Below, in pieces: positions 1 through 12,808 of a stretch of DNA of 38,824 bases. Source of the DNA: Ministeria vibrans ATCC 50519 (taxonomy: Eukaryota > Protista > Filasterea); NCBI GenBank assembly GCA_943704425.1, contig CALSCP010002228.1, positions 1-38,824 on the forward strand, read 5' to 3'. The first letter of the stretch is position 1; every line of letters begins with the position of its first letter. The position numbers and the translations under genes are program-made. The notes under the pieces are model-generated. The model was not told where the DNA came from. It saw nothing but the letters and a program-made list of their open reading frames with translations, and did not search any database.

Positions 1-3000
1 TGCCCGTCAATAAAGTCATCTGTCGAGTGCGGGTCAAACACGTCAGGCTCCTGGGTGCCGCTGTTTGCCCAGGCGCACACGCTGCTTGCGCCCCACACAG
101 TATCGAAAACGACACATTCTTTGCAAACGTGCGCGAACAACCGCTCTCCCATCCCTTCTTGTACACCACACCTCCAGCATGTGTCCACACACGGTCCATT
201 TGAAGTTGACAATCCGACGGCGCCTTGAACGACCACGCCGTGCACCCCTTGTTCTGATCACACGCCTGTGCACATGTGGTTGCCGTCGTACTCTGACTCT
301 GCTTCTTGACCGTCGCCGAGCCTGCATAAAACGTGTTTGCATGAAACGAGCGCGTCGCGCACGTCGCCCCTGTCCAGCCCGGAATGCACCCGTGCTGCGC
401 GCACTGAACACCGCTGCTCTTGCCAGACATTGTCGACGCACACTGCGACGTCGCACCCTCAGCAAAGACCGACTTGAACAACCCCGACAACTGCAAACGA
501 CACCGACACACGCCACTGTCCTTCAAGTGTGTCCACCCAAGACAGTGTGCTATTTTCCCACACTCATCGTGACACGCAGCCACGGTCGACGCATCGCTCA
601 CCACAAAGTCGGCACCAGAGAGTGCCGTGTCGCGGAGTGATGGATGTGGCGACTCCGCCCGGCGTGCGCTCGTTGTCGTAGTAGTAGCAGGGGTGGTCGT
701 GGTGGTGGCGGTAGTCTGGTCCGACTTCACAACAACAACTGCAGGCACTGCCTCTTGTGTGTATGTGTCCACATGAGGCACAGCGACACTCTTAAACGAG
801 TCCGTTTCGCCCAACGACGATGGCCAAGCCGAATCGTCCTCGCCTTCGTGGTCGCGCTCGCTGTAGTTTTCGCCCGTCTCCGTTACAGATCGACGACTTT
901 GCTCGCGGACAATTTCCGAGCTGTGTGTCTTGAACGGCACCTTGACAGTGCCCGAGACGGGCGCCGTACTCGAGTCCAGGAACAACACCTTGTGGTTGAA
1001 GTTAAGATGCTCCACTTCAATCTCGATCGATCCACAGTCGCTGCCGTCCACACATGTGAACTCGTGCGCCTTGCCATTCGTCACCTTGCTCACCGACACC
1101 TTGACAATGTATCGCATCGCTGTCAGACACGTCGGCGATACAAAGAACCCTGTCATTCCCAGCTTGTCGGTGATTGCAGATGCGGTGCCCGATGACGACG
1201 CGCCACATATCTTGGGCGCACTCTCAATTGTCCACGTCACCTTGGTCTCTTTCACCGGTCGCTTGCCCCGGAACGTCAGCACCCCGACGTTCACCTTGGT
1301 GTTAAAGTGGACAGTGTGGTCAAGGCACGCAACATGTGACTTGTAGTCTGTCACTGAGTTTGTGCCCGTGACGCAATACGTGAACGTCGAGCCGAGTGGC
1401 AAGTTGCTCAGGCGAATGTCGTCGTAGCTCTGCGACGGCTCCACAGCCGTACCACACAAATCAGCGGGTCGGTTTTCGTTGTGGGGAACGGCAACCAGAT
1501 CGGTGAACAGAACTGGCTTTCCTCCCACCGCCGTACGAGTAATTTCGTACTTGGACGCGCACTGAGAGAACACGTTAAACTTAAACGTGACGAGCCCATT
1601 GGTCTGCACAATAATCAAGTTCTTGGCACCATCATCAATCTTCGACGGTTGCAGTCCGGCGGTGTTGGTCGTGGAGCAGACTTGTTGGTAAGACTGACAG
1701 CCACAGGGGAAGCGAATCAGAGCATAAAAATTTGCAAACCACACGTCAAACACAGCGCCCTAGAAGAAAAAGAAAAAAAGTCTTTCTATTGCACTCTTCT
1801 TCCTTTTTCGTCCCCCTACCGCCTTTTGTATTCCCATAATGACATTATCCGTTGAAGCTGAACTGAATCCGCCAAGAGTGATGCTGGTCAGATCGTGTTT
1901 CGACGTCATTGCATCGGGAGTGCTGTGAGAGCGTCCGCGCAATTTCCATTTGTCGGCAGCCGCAGATATCGCTAGTTGTGTTGTAATAACATGCGTCGAC
2001 GTAGACTTGTCACATCGATACAGAACCTAAAAAAAAGTAGAAAAAAAGTTGTGAGCAAACTGAGCATAGAAAGCGATGAAGATCCAAAGCGTTTCTCATA
2101 CCGAAAGAGGGTAGCAACCAGTCGTGCTACAAGACGAAATTAATATTACAATTATTATTACTTGAGTGGTCCATGCAAGCTCACCTGACCGAGGAATCGG
2201 CACAAATGCAAGACGAATAGTCGCTTGACGATTTTGTAGTAGAGTAGCACTTGTAGCACCCTGACTGCGACTCAAGGGGCTGGTAGTGCCGGGCGAAACA
2301 CTGCTTGCACTGGGTCTGCCCGACGCTGTTGGCAAAGCGGCCTAATCAAGATTCGTGTGAAGATAGGCATGAATGGCTATGGTATCGGAGTGGAAGTAAG
2401 GTATATACATATATATATATATATATAATATAATATATAGACCTGCAGAACACGGGAGACACACCGATTGCCCAGTACGTGATTGATACTTTCCCGAGGG
2501 GCAGACAACGCGATCTGTTGCTCCAGAACAAAAGTGCCCGTCTGAGCAAGATGAGCACGAAGCCTACAAAGGAAGAGATTGAAAAAATGTCGCCTTTCCG
2601 ACAACCGATTTCTCGCTCCGTACCGCTTTGCCACGGACAGAATACTTTCCAGCGCTGCACGGCAAACAACTTTTGTGATTCGTTTGAGAGTAATAACCAG
2701 CCGCGCAGTCGCGACAGATTGACAAGCCTTCCACATCGTTGTACTTGCCTGCGGCACACGAAGGACACGATTACGGCTCAGACTTGAGTATTTTCCGGCC
2801 GCACCTGCGAAAGAATTTAGCATTTGGAGAGGTGTGAGAGAAGAAGAAGAGAAAGAAGAAGAAGAAAGGGAGAACAGCAAAGAGGGATGAAAATAAAAGA
2901 AACCCCATACGAGAGAAACTCCAGAGAAACAATACGAGAGAAGGAGATGAGAGAACAAAAAGCAGAGAGGAGGAAAACAGAAGAGGGGAGGAGATGAGAT

Positions 3001-4644
3001 GGGACGTGCTCCATAGTGCTTACAATCGGTACAGAGTTCACTTTTTGTTTGTTCAGTTTCGACGTGGAACTTGCCGGCAGGGCAATAGGTGCATGTAGAG
3101 CGTCCGAATGAGTCTGAAAATCTGCCGGAGGTACAAGCTTGACAGCTGCAAATAAAAAAAGAATATAAAAGTATCGTTGAAATTGATAAAAGAAAGGACA
3201 GGCTGTGCAAACCTACATGTGCTGTCCCTTCTGGGGTTGATATCGTCCAGGGTGACAGGACTCACAGGTCGAATGAGCAAAGTGACTAGCGTACTTTCCA
3301 ACCGTGCAGTTGGAACAGGAAGAGGCGAAGCGCGGGGAATACTTGCCAGGTATGCATGCGTATTGATGTCGGTCTAATGATTGTGTTGGGGGAAGGAATA
3401 AAATGGAAATAAAGTGCAGAGGAGGGTACAAAGGAAGATATAGAAAGTGAGCTGTTAGTTGATTTGGTTCACCACAAATGAGAGTGATACCATTCGGACA
3501 GAAGAATCCAGGATTGCCTACAACACAAAGTGGGAGGGTGTTTAGAGAGACAATATAGAGACGTGCACATCAAACCGACTTTCGAGATAGGGCTTTGCCC
3601 TTTCTTATTGACTTACAGTGCGAGCAGCAATCTACGCCTCCTGTCCAGTGAACGTAGTTGGCGCCGAAACACCCATACTGCAAGCGGTTCTTTCCGCACT
3701 TGAACCTGCTTTCGCGACCAACGCTTTCATCGACCACACGATCGCACGTTTGCGCCACAGAAATGTTGGAAATTGTCCACTGGTCACAAGAGGCGGCAGC
3801 GCCTACAAAGAGAGACGGTGTTGAGCAACATATGCGACATGACGGTCGGTGGTACCGGCTGAAACACTGAACGAAACAGTCACGACGCGAGTGTCATCGG
3901 GAACAGAAATAAACAAGTCGACGGGACCAGACGATATGGGAAAGAAGTTCTTGAGGAGCTGTGAACGGCCGTCGACTCGTGTCGCACTGTGATGTGAGAA
4001 TACCAGGGGGATTTAGACAACACTCCGGTTGACGGGTGGCTTACTGAACGCGAACAAGGGCAGCACGACACGCATGCCGAGTGTTGAACGACACCTTGAC
4101 CCCTCCACTACCAGAGAAAGAGAGCGGGAGAGTCGCCGACAAGGTGAGCGACGCGTCAAGGCCGGTGGCGGACGCGAGCACCTACACAATGAGAGCACAA
4201 TGAAAACGTTATTAAAAGTGTCAGCCGCGCACTGGTCACGTACGGGTTGGGCAAAGCCATTGCCGATGGTGAAGGCGGAGGCAGTCACGTTGGCGTCGTC
4301 GCCACGGAGAAATGGCGACATGACGACCGCATCGCAGGCAGGAGGAGCATCAAAGAGCTCAGAAAGCTCGTTTTTCAAATCGTTCGATATCGTCGCGATA
4401 TCGCTCGTGATATCGCTGTGTGTCGCGAGAGCGCCGACCAAGAGCGTCAGAGCCAAGACGAGGCGGAAGTACCACTCGTTCTGTCAAAAGAGGTAAAAGT
4501 GTGAAAGTGAACACAAATATAACGACAGCGACACTGTGACAGTTAACGGAAAATCTCCCTGCCGGCCAAAGCATGCAATAAGGCGCTTCAACATACAGTC
4601 AGACGCATTTGACGTTATATGGTGTACCAAGCGTAGAGACGCAT
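1..4644 (-). CDS. Large secreted/surface mosaic protein: signal peptide, Cys-rich (GCC2/GCC3, ephrin-receptor-like) repeats, FN3/transthyretin-like beta module, Thr-rich linker, two PAN/Apple-like domains and an EGF-like segment; 3' end lies outside the window
   Basis: Manual splicing joins >10 GT-AG-bounded exons in consistent phase, except for one frameshift near 2770. Hydrophobic leader WYFRLVLALTLLVGALA (~4425-4475). Repeats CNPGFFCP, CIPGKYS, CTVGKYA, CHPGRYQ, CTSGRFS, CPAGKFH, CAAGKY, CPSGKYQ. The last exon 1759->1 is open and contains CHDECGKIAHCLGWTH..C and CAQACDQNKGCTAWSF..CQL. The start codon is uncertain (ATG at 4644 is a guess). Confidence 0.8.
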
Positions 4645-5814
4645 TGTCTGTCGTGAGTACCAATTGTACGAAAAGGGAGAGGAAAAAGAGGTAGAATATA
4701 ATAATTATTATTGTCAAAAAAAACTCCACAAAAAAACTCCAAAAAAGCACGCGGTTCGATGGGGATGAAGATTAGACCAACGCCGTACTAAGTACTACTA
4801 CGTCTAATGTCTATCTCTTTAAGACAACGTATTCAAAGTACGTCTTCTGTATCATTATTAATGGGTTGTTTTCTTCATATTTTTTGATATCTCGAAGAAA
4901 TCTCGAAGACTGGGATATAGACTGGATTCGAACAAACATACCTTGACCATTCAAAAAATGTGAGGATTGAGGATTTGAGGAAATAGTTTGCTCTGAAAAA
5001 TTAAAAAAGAAATAAGACATAAGTCAAGCAAGAGAATAGAAGAAGAAGAATACAAATAACCCATTTACTAAGAGAAGAAATAAAGCGACAGTTGTACTTT
5101 CGTTGTACTTTCGTTGTACTACGGAGTCTCCGTACTCCGTACACTTTGTCCTACTAAACTGCCCAAGCTAAACCCGTACCTGATGCCCGGCCACAACACA
5201 GATGCGACAAGTGTGTCCTCGACAAAGACACGACAGCATTTGTAAATTTCCAGCAATATAAACCCTGCACTTCCCCTGTATCTGATGCCAGCGCCACCAA
5301 CACCTTGACTCAGCACACACTCCGCGCGCATAACTTCCACACGACATATCCCCTGGGTCCCCCTTCTTGGTCTTCCCCTTGAAGGACCCTTGAGTGACTT
5401 GACCTCACCCTCTCCCTTTGCCAGCTACAGTAGAGGCGACTCAACGCGTCCACGCTCAGTAGCAAACTGCCGCCAACCAGACGACTCGTCGGAACTACCG
5501 GAATATTTAGGTGCGCACCATCGCGTGCCACTCCAGTGGGCTTTGCAGCTCGTTCTCCCCGCCAGAGCGCCAGCACTTGTGCTGACGCAGTGCCAGCCTT
5601 TGTGCTGGCAGACCTTATGTCTCCCTCTCAGGATATGGTGTATCTGGTGCCTATCGCGTTACTTGTCTGGCCATCCGCCAACCTGTCTGAGCCCTCTGAG
5701 GCTGTCTCTGCTCCCTCTCGACGCTTCCGTAACTTAGAAAGTCGTTCTGAGGTTGCTTTTCCTTTGTGATTGATAAATCTTCTTCATTAATTTTCATTCG
5801 ATTACGATATCGCC

Positions 5815-7611
5815 ATGGCGTCGCTTCCCATCGCGTCTCATCGAGAGGCAATCGAGGCACTTGCTCGAGAACATCGTGTTGTTGCCATTCAGGTGAAGCA
5901 ATCTCCGCGAAATAATTGTGTGTTTCGCAACAATTTTTCTGAAACGAGTTTTTCCTTGTCGCCTCCAGGGCGAGACAGGCTGCGGCAAGAGCACGCAGGT
6001 GCCGCGCTACTTGTACGAGCTGATGAAGGAGGAGCAGGGCGGCAACGGGCGCGTCGTGGTCACGCAGCCGCGGCGTATTGCGGCTGTGACGCTGGCGCGA
6101 CGCGTTGCCGACGAATTTGGCGAACGGGTTGGCGAAACGGCCGGCTATCGCATTCAGCACGACAGCTCGGTCTCTTCACGGACGCGAATTGGTACGCATC
6201 AACGATAGCGATGGCGGCGGACAACTCTAAAACAATCGAACGAACGCTTCGTAGAATTTGTCACCACTGGCTGGCTTCTTGTGCAACTCTCACACGATCC
6301 CACTCAAATTTCGCGTTACTCGTACATTGTGCTCGACGAAACTCACGAACGCTCTCTTGACGGCGATCTACTGGCCCTCTTGCTCAAGCTTCTGCTGTCT
6401 CCATCGGATGCCAACGGCCCTTCTCCGTACGCCAGTGTCAAACTCGTTCTCATGAGCGCAACCCTTCAAGTACGAGAACAGACGAACATAGAAGGAATGC
6501 TCGTTTTATCGTTTTCTAGTGCCTCTTTTTTTGCCAAACTGACCCTCTCCCACTTTTTGTTTGTTTTGCATTCTCGTTGTTCAGAGCGAACTATTTCTCA
6601 ATTACTTTTCGTTCCTGATCTCTCCCGAGTACATTGCGGCCCAGGCTGCACTTCCCACACGCAAAAAGACGCACCGCAAACGCCGTCTGGCCATCGAGGC
6701 AAACTATCTTGGTCCACCGCCACGTAAGTGCTGAAGATGGATACGTTTGATTCAGACCTAACAAACAATTTATTTTGTGAATTGTGCTCTCTAGTGTTCG
6801 TCGGCGCACGGCGATTTCCTGTCAAAGATATTTTCCTCAACGAGTTCCACTCGCACGTGCAACTGACCACAGGCGCGACGAGTACCGCATCGGACGTCTC
6901 GAGTCGCATGGGGGTGTGTCGTGCGGACGCAGTGCGTGCTCCGTCGGGCAATGCCTATGCGGACGAGCAGCTGCGGCGAAACCAGTCGGCCATCCAGCAC
7001 CGCATCGCGCAGTTCAACGTGTCCGACGACGCTGACGACGGCCTTGCTGAGACCCTTGGCGCCGATGAGTCGGCTGAGAACCCTCTTGATCTTCTTGTCA
7101 AGGTACCTTTTTGCAAACGTTTGGATAAGAAGACAAGTAAAATAATGTCTCTTTTAGCCCTACTTTGATGAAAAACTGGCGGAGCTAATTGTGTCGCTGA
7201 TTGCGTCCAACACGCGGCCAGGCGAGGCCATTCTGGTGTTCCTGCCGGGCATCAACGAGATCTACATGGTGCACGATCTACTTAGCGAACTCCCGGCGTC
7301 CCTCGGCGAATACCAAGTGCTGGTGCTGCACTCGCTCAGTACATACGAATCAACATATAATTCTTTCTTAATTTTTCATTTTTATTTATTTTGTTTCCTT
7401 TTACTTTATGCGTGCACAGTGACACGAGAGGAGCAGGAGCTAGCGTTTGTCGAGCACAAGGACATTACAAAGGTGGTTCTGTCGACTAACATTGCGGAGA
7501 GTAGCGTGACCATTCCCGACGCGACTATTGTCATTGATAGTGGACTTAAGAGGTACGTCGGAATCCTCGTCTAAACACACACATGCACACACACACATAC
7601 ACACACACACA

Positions 7612-7710
<99 letters not shown>

Positions 7711-8479
7711 TACACTCTCTTTCTTTTCCAGTATGTATATATTTGCGCAGTTCACTCAACCTTCACATCTTCTCATGTCTCTCATTAGATCACTCTCTTT
7801 CAACGACCACAAACACATCCAGCAGCTGCAGCTTGGTTGGGTGTCACAGGCGAGTGTCAAGCAGCGCAGTGGTCGAGCCGGGCGTGTTCGTCCTGGTGTT
7901 TGCTATCACCTGTTCACAAAAGAGTAAGTATATAGCTCATGTTCTGCATGTCACCCACACACGCACACACATACACATATAGATACACACACACACATTA
8001 CACACACATAATACACATATATATATATACACATACATACATGCATACACATAACCCCTCTCTTATCACTTATTTCTCTCTCGCTCTATTGTATCACCAT
8101 AAATAATTATTTATTTTTCACTCCTTTCGCTCTCTCTCACCCTTTCTCATACAGTCTACTGACGGCCATGCGCAAGTACGACCCGCCTGAGATTCTGTGC
8201 ACGTCGTTGGAAAATACTGTGCTGCACACCAAGTCTATGCTGGGATCTTTTGGCGATGTTGAGTCGCTCTTGGCGCGTGCCCTTCAGGTACTTGAAGAAA
8301 CCAAATTCACCCTGCATGTTTCCATCCCGTGCCTAACTTCCTTCTCTTTAGCCACCCCCACCTCTACGCGTGAAAAAGTCAATTCAACGTCTCAAAGAAA
8401 TTGGCGCACTTCAACCCGATGGCGATATTACTCGCTTCGGCATGTGGGCTGCGACTCAGGCAATCGATGTCGCTCTCAG

Positions 8480-8539
<60 letters not shown>

Positions 8540-8558
8540 GTATGTATGTATGTGTATG

Positions 8559-8602
<44 letters not shown>

Positions 8603-10338
8603 AGCGAGTGTGTGTGAGCGAATGTTCCACATTGTGTCTCACCCTTTGTATGCGTTATGTGCGGTCACTATTTTTAGTAAACTCGTCTTTATGGGTGTTT
8701 CGTTTGGCTGCGCTGCCGATGCCATTGTGATGGCTGCTGCCCTCTCAAGCCAGGACCCTTTTTCGATGCCGTCGCGTCTCTTCAAGGTCGACGAGAACGA
8801 GTACCACCGCGACCTTGCAGCGAGTGTGAAGAATCGCGAATTCTTTGATGCAGGCACCTTCTCACAGGTGACATTACTTATTCACACTTTTGCACCTGCG
8901 TTTGTGTTGTGCTCTGACCAATTATTGACAAACCAAGCGTTTGTGTTTCATTTGATTGTAATATTTTTTAAAAAAAAATTGGCTTTTAGCCCATCGGAGT
9001 GCGCAACATGTTCATTGCGTATCTCAAGGAGCGAGGCAACCATCAGTTTTGCGCAAGTCACTCGGTGAACTATCGCCGTCTGCTCAACGTGGAGCTCATG
9101 AGCGGTCGTCTGGCGCAGGAACTGCTTCATGCTGGCGAGGGGTGTTCCCCTAAGGCTGACACACTTGCGCACCACCAACTGACTATGATGTCGCGTCTTT
9201 CGCACTATGGCTCGCATTTCACACCTGCCAACGTTGACTACATTTTCTCCGCGCCCTACGATCGCCTTTTGTTTGCCATCACAGCCGCATTTTCACCTCA
9301 ATTTCTCGTGGGCGCGCGTGGCTCGCGCACCCAAGGAAAGACTGGCGGCCGCCTGTTGCCTCAGCTGGACATGCTTGGCTACACTCCGTCGCGTTCCCTT
9401 GTGTTGACCAAGGCACCGACAGAGCTGATACAGGACTACGCCATGCTCAGTGATTGTCTCGACAAGTTTGGCAAGGTGGTGCGTTTTAATGTGTTGTCTC
9501 CGTCGACATCGAGTGCGATTGCGGTGGAGTTTGGAACGGACCCGGGCGAGGGGTCGGAGGAAGAAAGAGAGGAGGATGAGGAAGAAGAAGAAGAAGAGAA
9601 GGAGAAGGAGGATGTGAGGCCAGAGCATTTGGGTGCGTCTAAAAAAGAGAAACGGCAGTTGGCGAAGAAAGTGGCGACTAAGAAGGCAACAAAGAGGAAG
9701 GAGGGAGAAAAGGCGAGGCGAACGGCTGCAGAGAAAACGGACGATTTGGGGTTGCCCGTGCTGAAATTGTTGCCGGTGGTGCGTCGTGCACCGTGGGCCA
9801 TTCGACTGCTGATTCAACTGAGTGGCCCCAACGGACATCGATTGCAAATGGCGCAGCCGTCTGCCATGCAAAGCAGCGATCCGGCTGGGGTTGCGGCTGC
9901 AACGCATGCGGCCAAGAGTCGCACGCAGCATGGTAACTTTCGTGGGAGACGTGGCGAGAAGGGCCCCCTTAAGTTTGGTGGTGGCATTGTCTCGTCGTGT
10001 GTGTTCAGCTGGACTGTTGCCCCGTCCGCTGCGTCGTCCATTGGCGGCTCAAAAGGTATCTGCCTTTTTTTCTTCTTTCTTTCTTCTTATGAGCTCTTGT
10101 GTTCCCCTAGCGCAACTGCCGTGGCGCAGTGTACCCGGCTGCATTACGTCCATGGACGAGTCGTGCCACGAGATCTATGCTCTGGCGTACATGCTGCAGG
10201 GGACCGACAATGACAGTGAGTAGAGCGGGATGCACCTTTCTTTACTTTACTTTTTTTCTCCCCCTTCACTTTCCTTAGACATGGTCACGGCCGAGGGAAT
10301 CACAGTGTTGCCATCGCCGAAGGACTTTCCTTTTGCTC

Positions 10339-10431
<93 letters not shown>

Positions 10432-12667
10432 GATATGATTCAGTTATTTTTGTCTGTGATATGATATCAATTTTTTGTTTTGTGTGTGTCGATTTGGTCT
10501 CTACTTTATGCTGTGTTTTCGTACATGTCTCACCGTCGCTACTCTTGAGTTTAGTTGATGCGTCTTTTGTTCACGCGTGGCAGTGAGCGGATGCTGTCTG
10601 TGACAGGAAACCAAGACTTCACCCAGATTAGCGGTGTGAATGTGGACGGACAGGCCATCTCCTTTTTCCCAGTGATGCTGCACATCGACGACTTTTCGTT
10701 GATTGACGAGATACGCCACCGCCTCAGTCGTGCCCTGCTGGGACACGACAACCCTTTTGATGTCTACCCCCTTCTCAACATCACACAGCTCATTCACACT
10801 ATCCGTCGTCGTCATCAGCGGTAAGCCCGAAACAGTGGACCTACATTTATTTTCCTTTGCTGTTCCTTTTTTTTCCCTTTGTATTACTTTCTTCTGCTTT
10901 TTTTAATTACGTTGTTTTCTTTATCGCTTTGTTTGTACAATCTTTGTTTCGTTTTTTCTTTATCGCTTTGTTTGTACAATCTTTGTTTCGTTTTTTCTTT
11001 ATTACTTTGCTCTTCTTGTCTCCTGTCACCTTGTTGCTGTTCCAATAGGTATCTTGACGAGTGTCTGCCTGTGGACGCTCAAGTGACGCTGCCGAAGAGC
11101 AAGGTCCAAACGAAGAAAAAATCGAACAAGGGAGGGAGTCGCATGGGGGCTCTTCTTGAGAGCATGTCGTTTGGTGGATCTGTTGGTACGCAAAAGCACT
11201 GTTATTTCTTTCCTGTGGTGGATTACAGAGTTGTGATTGTCCAATGCTCATGCCCCGTTTCTCTAGCGCACGCGTATGACAGGCTAATGTCGGCCATGTC
11301 GGCCGTGGTCGACGATGATGAGTACGACGAAGACGACGACTTTTTCGACGAGTACGACGAATTCGGTATGCGCCGTGGCGACGATGATGACTACACTGAC
11401 GATGACGAGTACAACGACGAGGAGGACTGGGAAGACGATGACGAAGAAGAAGAAGAAGAAGAAGACAAGACGCCCGTGGTGATGCCTAAGCTGCATCCGT
11501 TGCATCCGCAGTTCCGCATGACGCTGCAGACGAGACACTTTGCGGCACCGTCGTCCATGCAACAGACGTCTGTTGACGAAACATTTTCGCCGTTTCTCTT
11601 GAAGGACCGTGTGTCACAGGCGACCAAGCGCGCAAGCGACACCTCTGTGGAAGAGGATGGCGATATTAAACGTCTGCGTGAACAGTTGCGCGTGACTATG
11701 CTGGAGCCATCAGAGCGACCAGTTGTAGTCAATGGCGATGACGGCTATCGTGCCAAGGTCACGCCGTCCAAGTCCAAGTTCAACGGCAAGAAGCCGCTCA
11801 ATGCCAACAGCAAGGCGTTCCATCCAACGGCGGTGCTGCGACGTGAAGCCGGCGGTGGTATCGCAAACAAGGGCGTCAAGGGAGCTAACACAAACCCGAC
11901 GACTAGCGCCACTGCCACAGTGACGACAACTACAAACGCTGCCGGCAGCAGCGTTGCTGCGGAATTCACATCGTTTCTGGCGAACCATGTCGCAGAGGCA
12001 CCGCAGCGCATGAGCAAACTGGAGGCGTACGCCATGGCATGCGACGCCCGTTTCAGTGCCCTTCTGCGTGACGCGGGTGGTCTCGAACGATTTGTGTCCT
12101 CGGTGGGTGTCCAACTTATTGTGCCCTTTACTTTCAAAGGTCTAACTAAAACATTGTTATATGAGGATAATAATTAATAGTTAACTGATGCTATAAAAAA
12201 AAGGCGAACAATGGCTCACGAAGGCGGCGCCCAGGGCCACAGCGACGACGGCCACAACAACGACGGCCACAGTAGCAAAGACCACAGCAGCAAAGACCAC
12301 AGCAGCGAAGACCACAGCAGCGACTCCCCCTGTCACCTTACAACACGCACTTCCCCCTCACTCTAGTGCTTCCTTCGCCTTTGGGAATACTGCCGCCTTC
12401 CCTAGCAGCTCTCTCTCGTCACTTACTGCGCAGCTCACAACCCCTCCGGTAAGCCGCTCCAAAAAATCAATCACTGTCATTGACCTGCTTACCTCTTCCT
12501 AGTCTCCAAGTGTCTTCAACCTCGGCGGAGGCGATGCTTTATTGTTTGCCGCAACCCCCGTCTTCAGTGTAGGCAAGTCGGACCCTGTGCCGTCGAGCAC
12601 CAGTGGGCGTCGCGGTCCCAAACCCCGTCGCTTGAAGGCCAGTGTGCAGACCCACGGCCAGTCGTAG
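5815..12667 (+). CDS. DExH-box (DEAH/RHA family) ATP-dependent RNA helicase, TDRD9/Spindle-E-like, without a Tudor domain
   Basis: Multi-exon gene. Motifs [60 protein letters not shown], plus an HA2-like region. It has an RRM-like insert (YTPSRSLVL...AIAVEFG) and a C-terminal block resembling TDRD9. The last exons (12204-~12448 and ~12503-12667) end in TAG. Confidence 0.9.
7575..7707. repeat. (CA)n microsatellite in helicase intron
   Basis: Directly visible. Confidence 0.97.
8481..8615. repeat. Compound (TG)n/(TATG)n/(TA)n microsatellite in helicase intron
   Basis: Directly visible; begins at the GT donor. Confidence 0.95.
10341..10428. repeat. (GT)n microsatellite that also supplies the splice donor
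   Basis: gctcag|gtgtgtgt... Confidence 0.95.
10919..11002. repeat. 39-bp perfect tandem duplication in helicase intron
   Basis: ctttatcgctttgtttgtacaatctttgtttcgtttttt x2. Confidence 0.9.
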
Positions 12668-12720
12668 GGAGATGGTATAATAGTGATGCGAAAGTGAAAA
12701 ATGGTTATAATAAAAATACT

Positions 12721-12736
12721 AATAATAATAATAATA

Positions 12737-12808
<72 letters not shown>

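Noticed and set aside
5490-5520. EYLGA as a reverse-transcriptase YLG motif
   Set aside because: No YxDD or other RT motifs nearby; too short to support.
7440-8730. ORFs rich in CVCV/HTHT (similar ERER/LSLS ORFs at 28855-29573 and 32482-32992, and poly-Y at 12694)
   Set aside because: Translations of microsatellites in introns or intergenic DNA.
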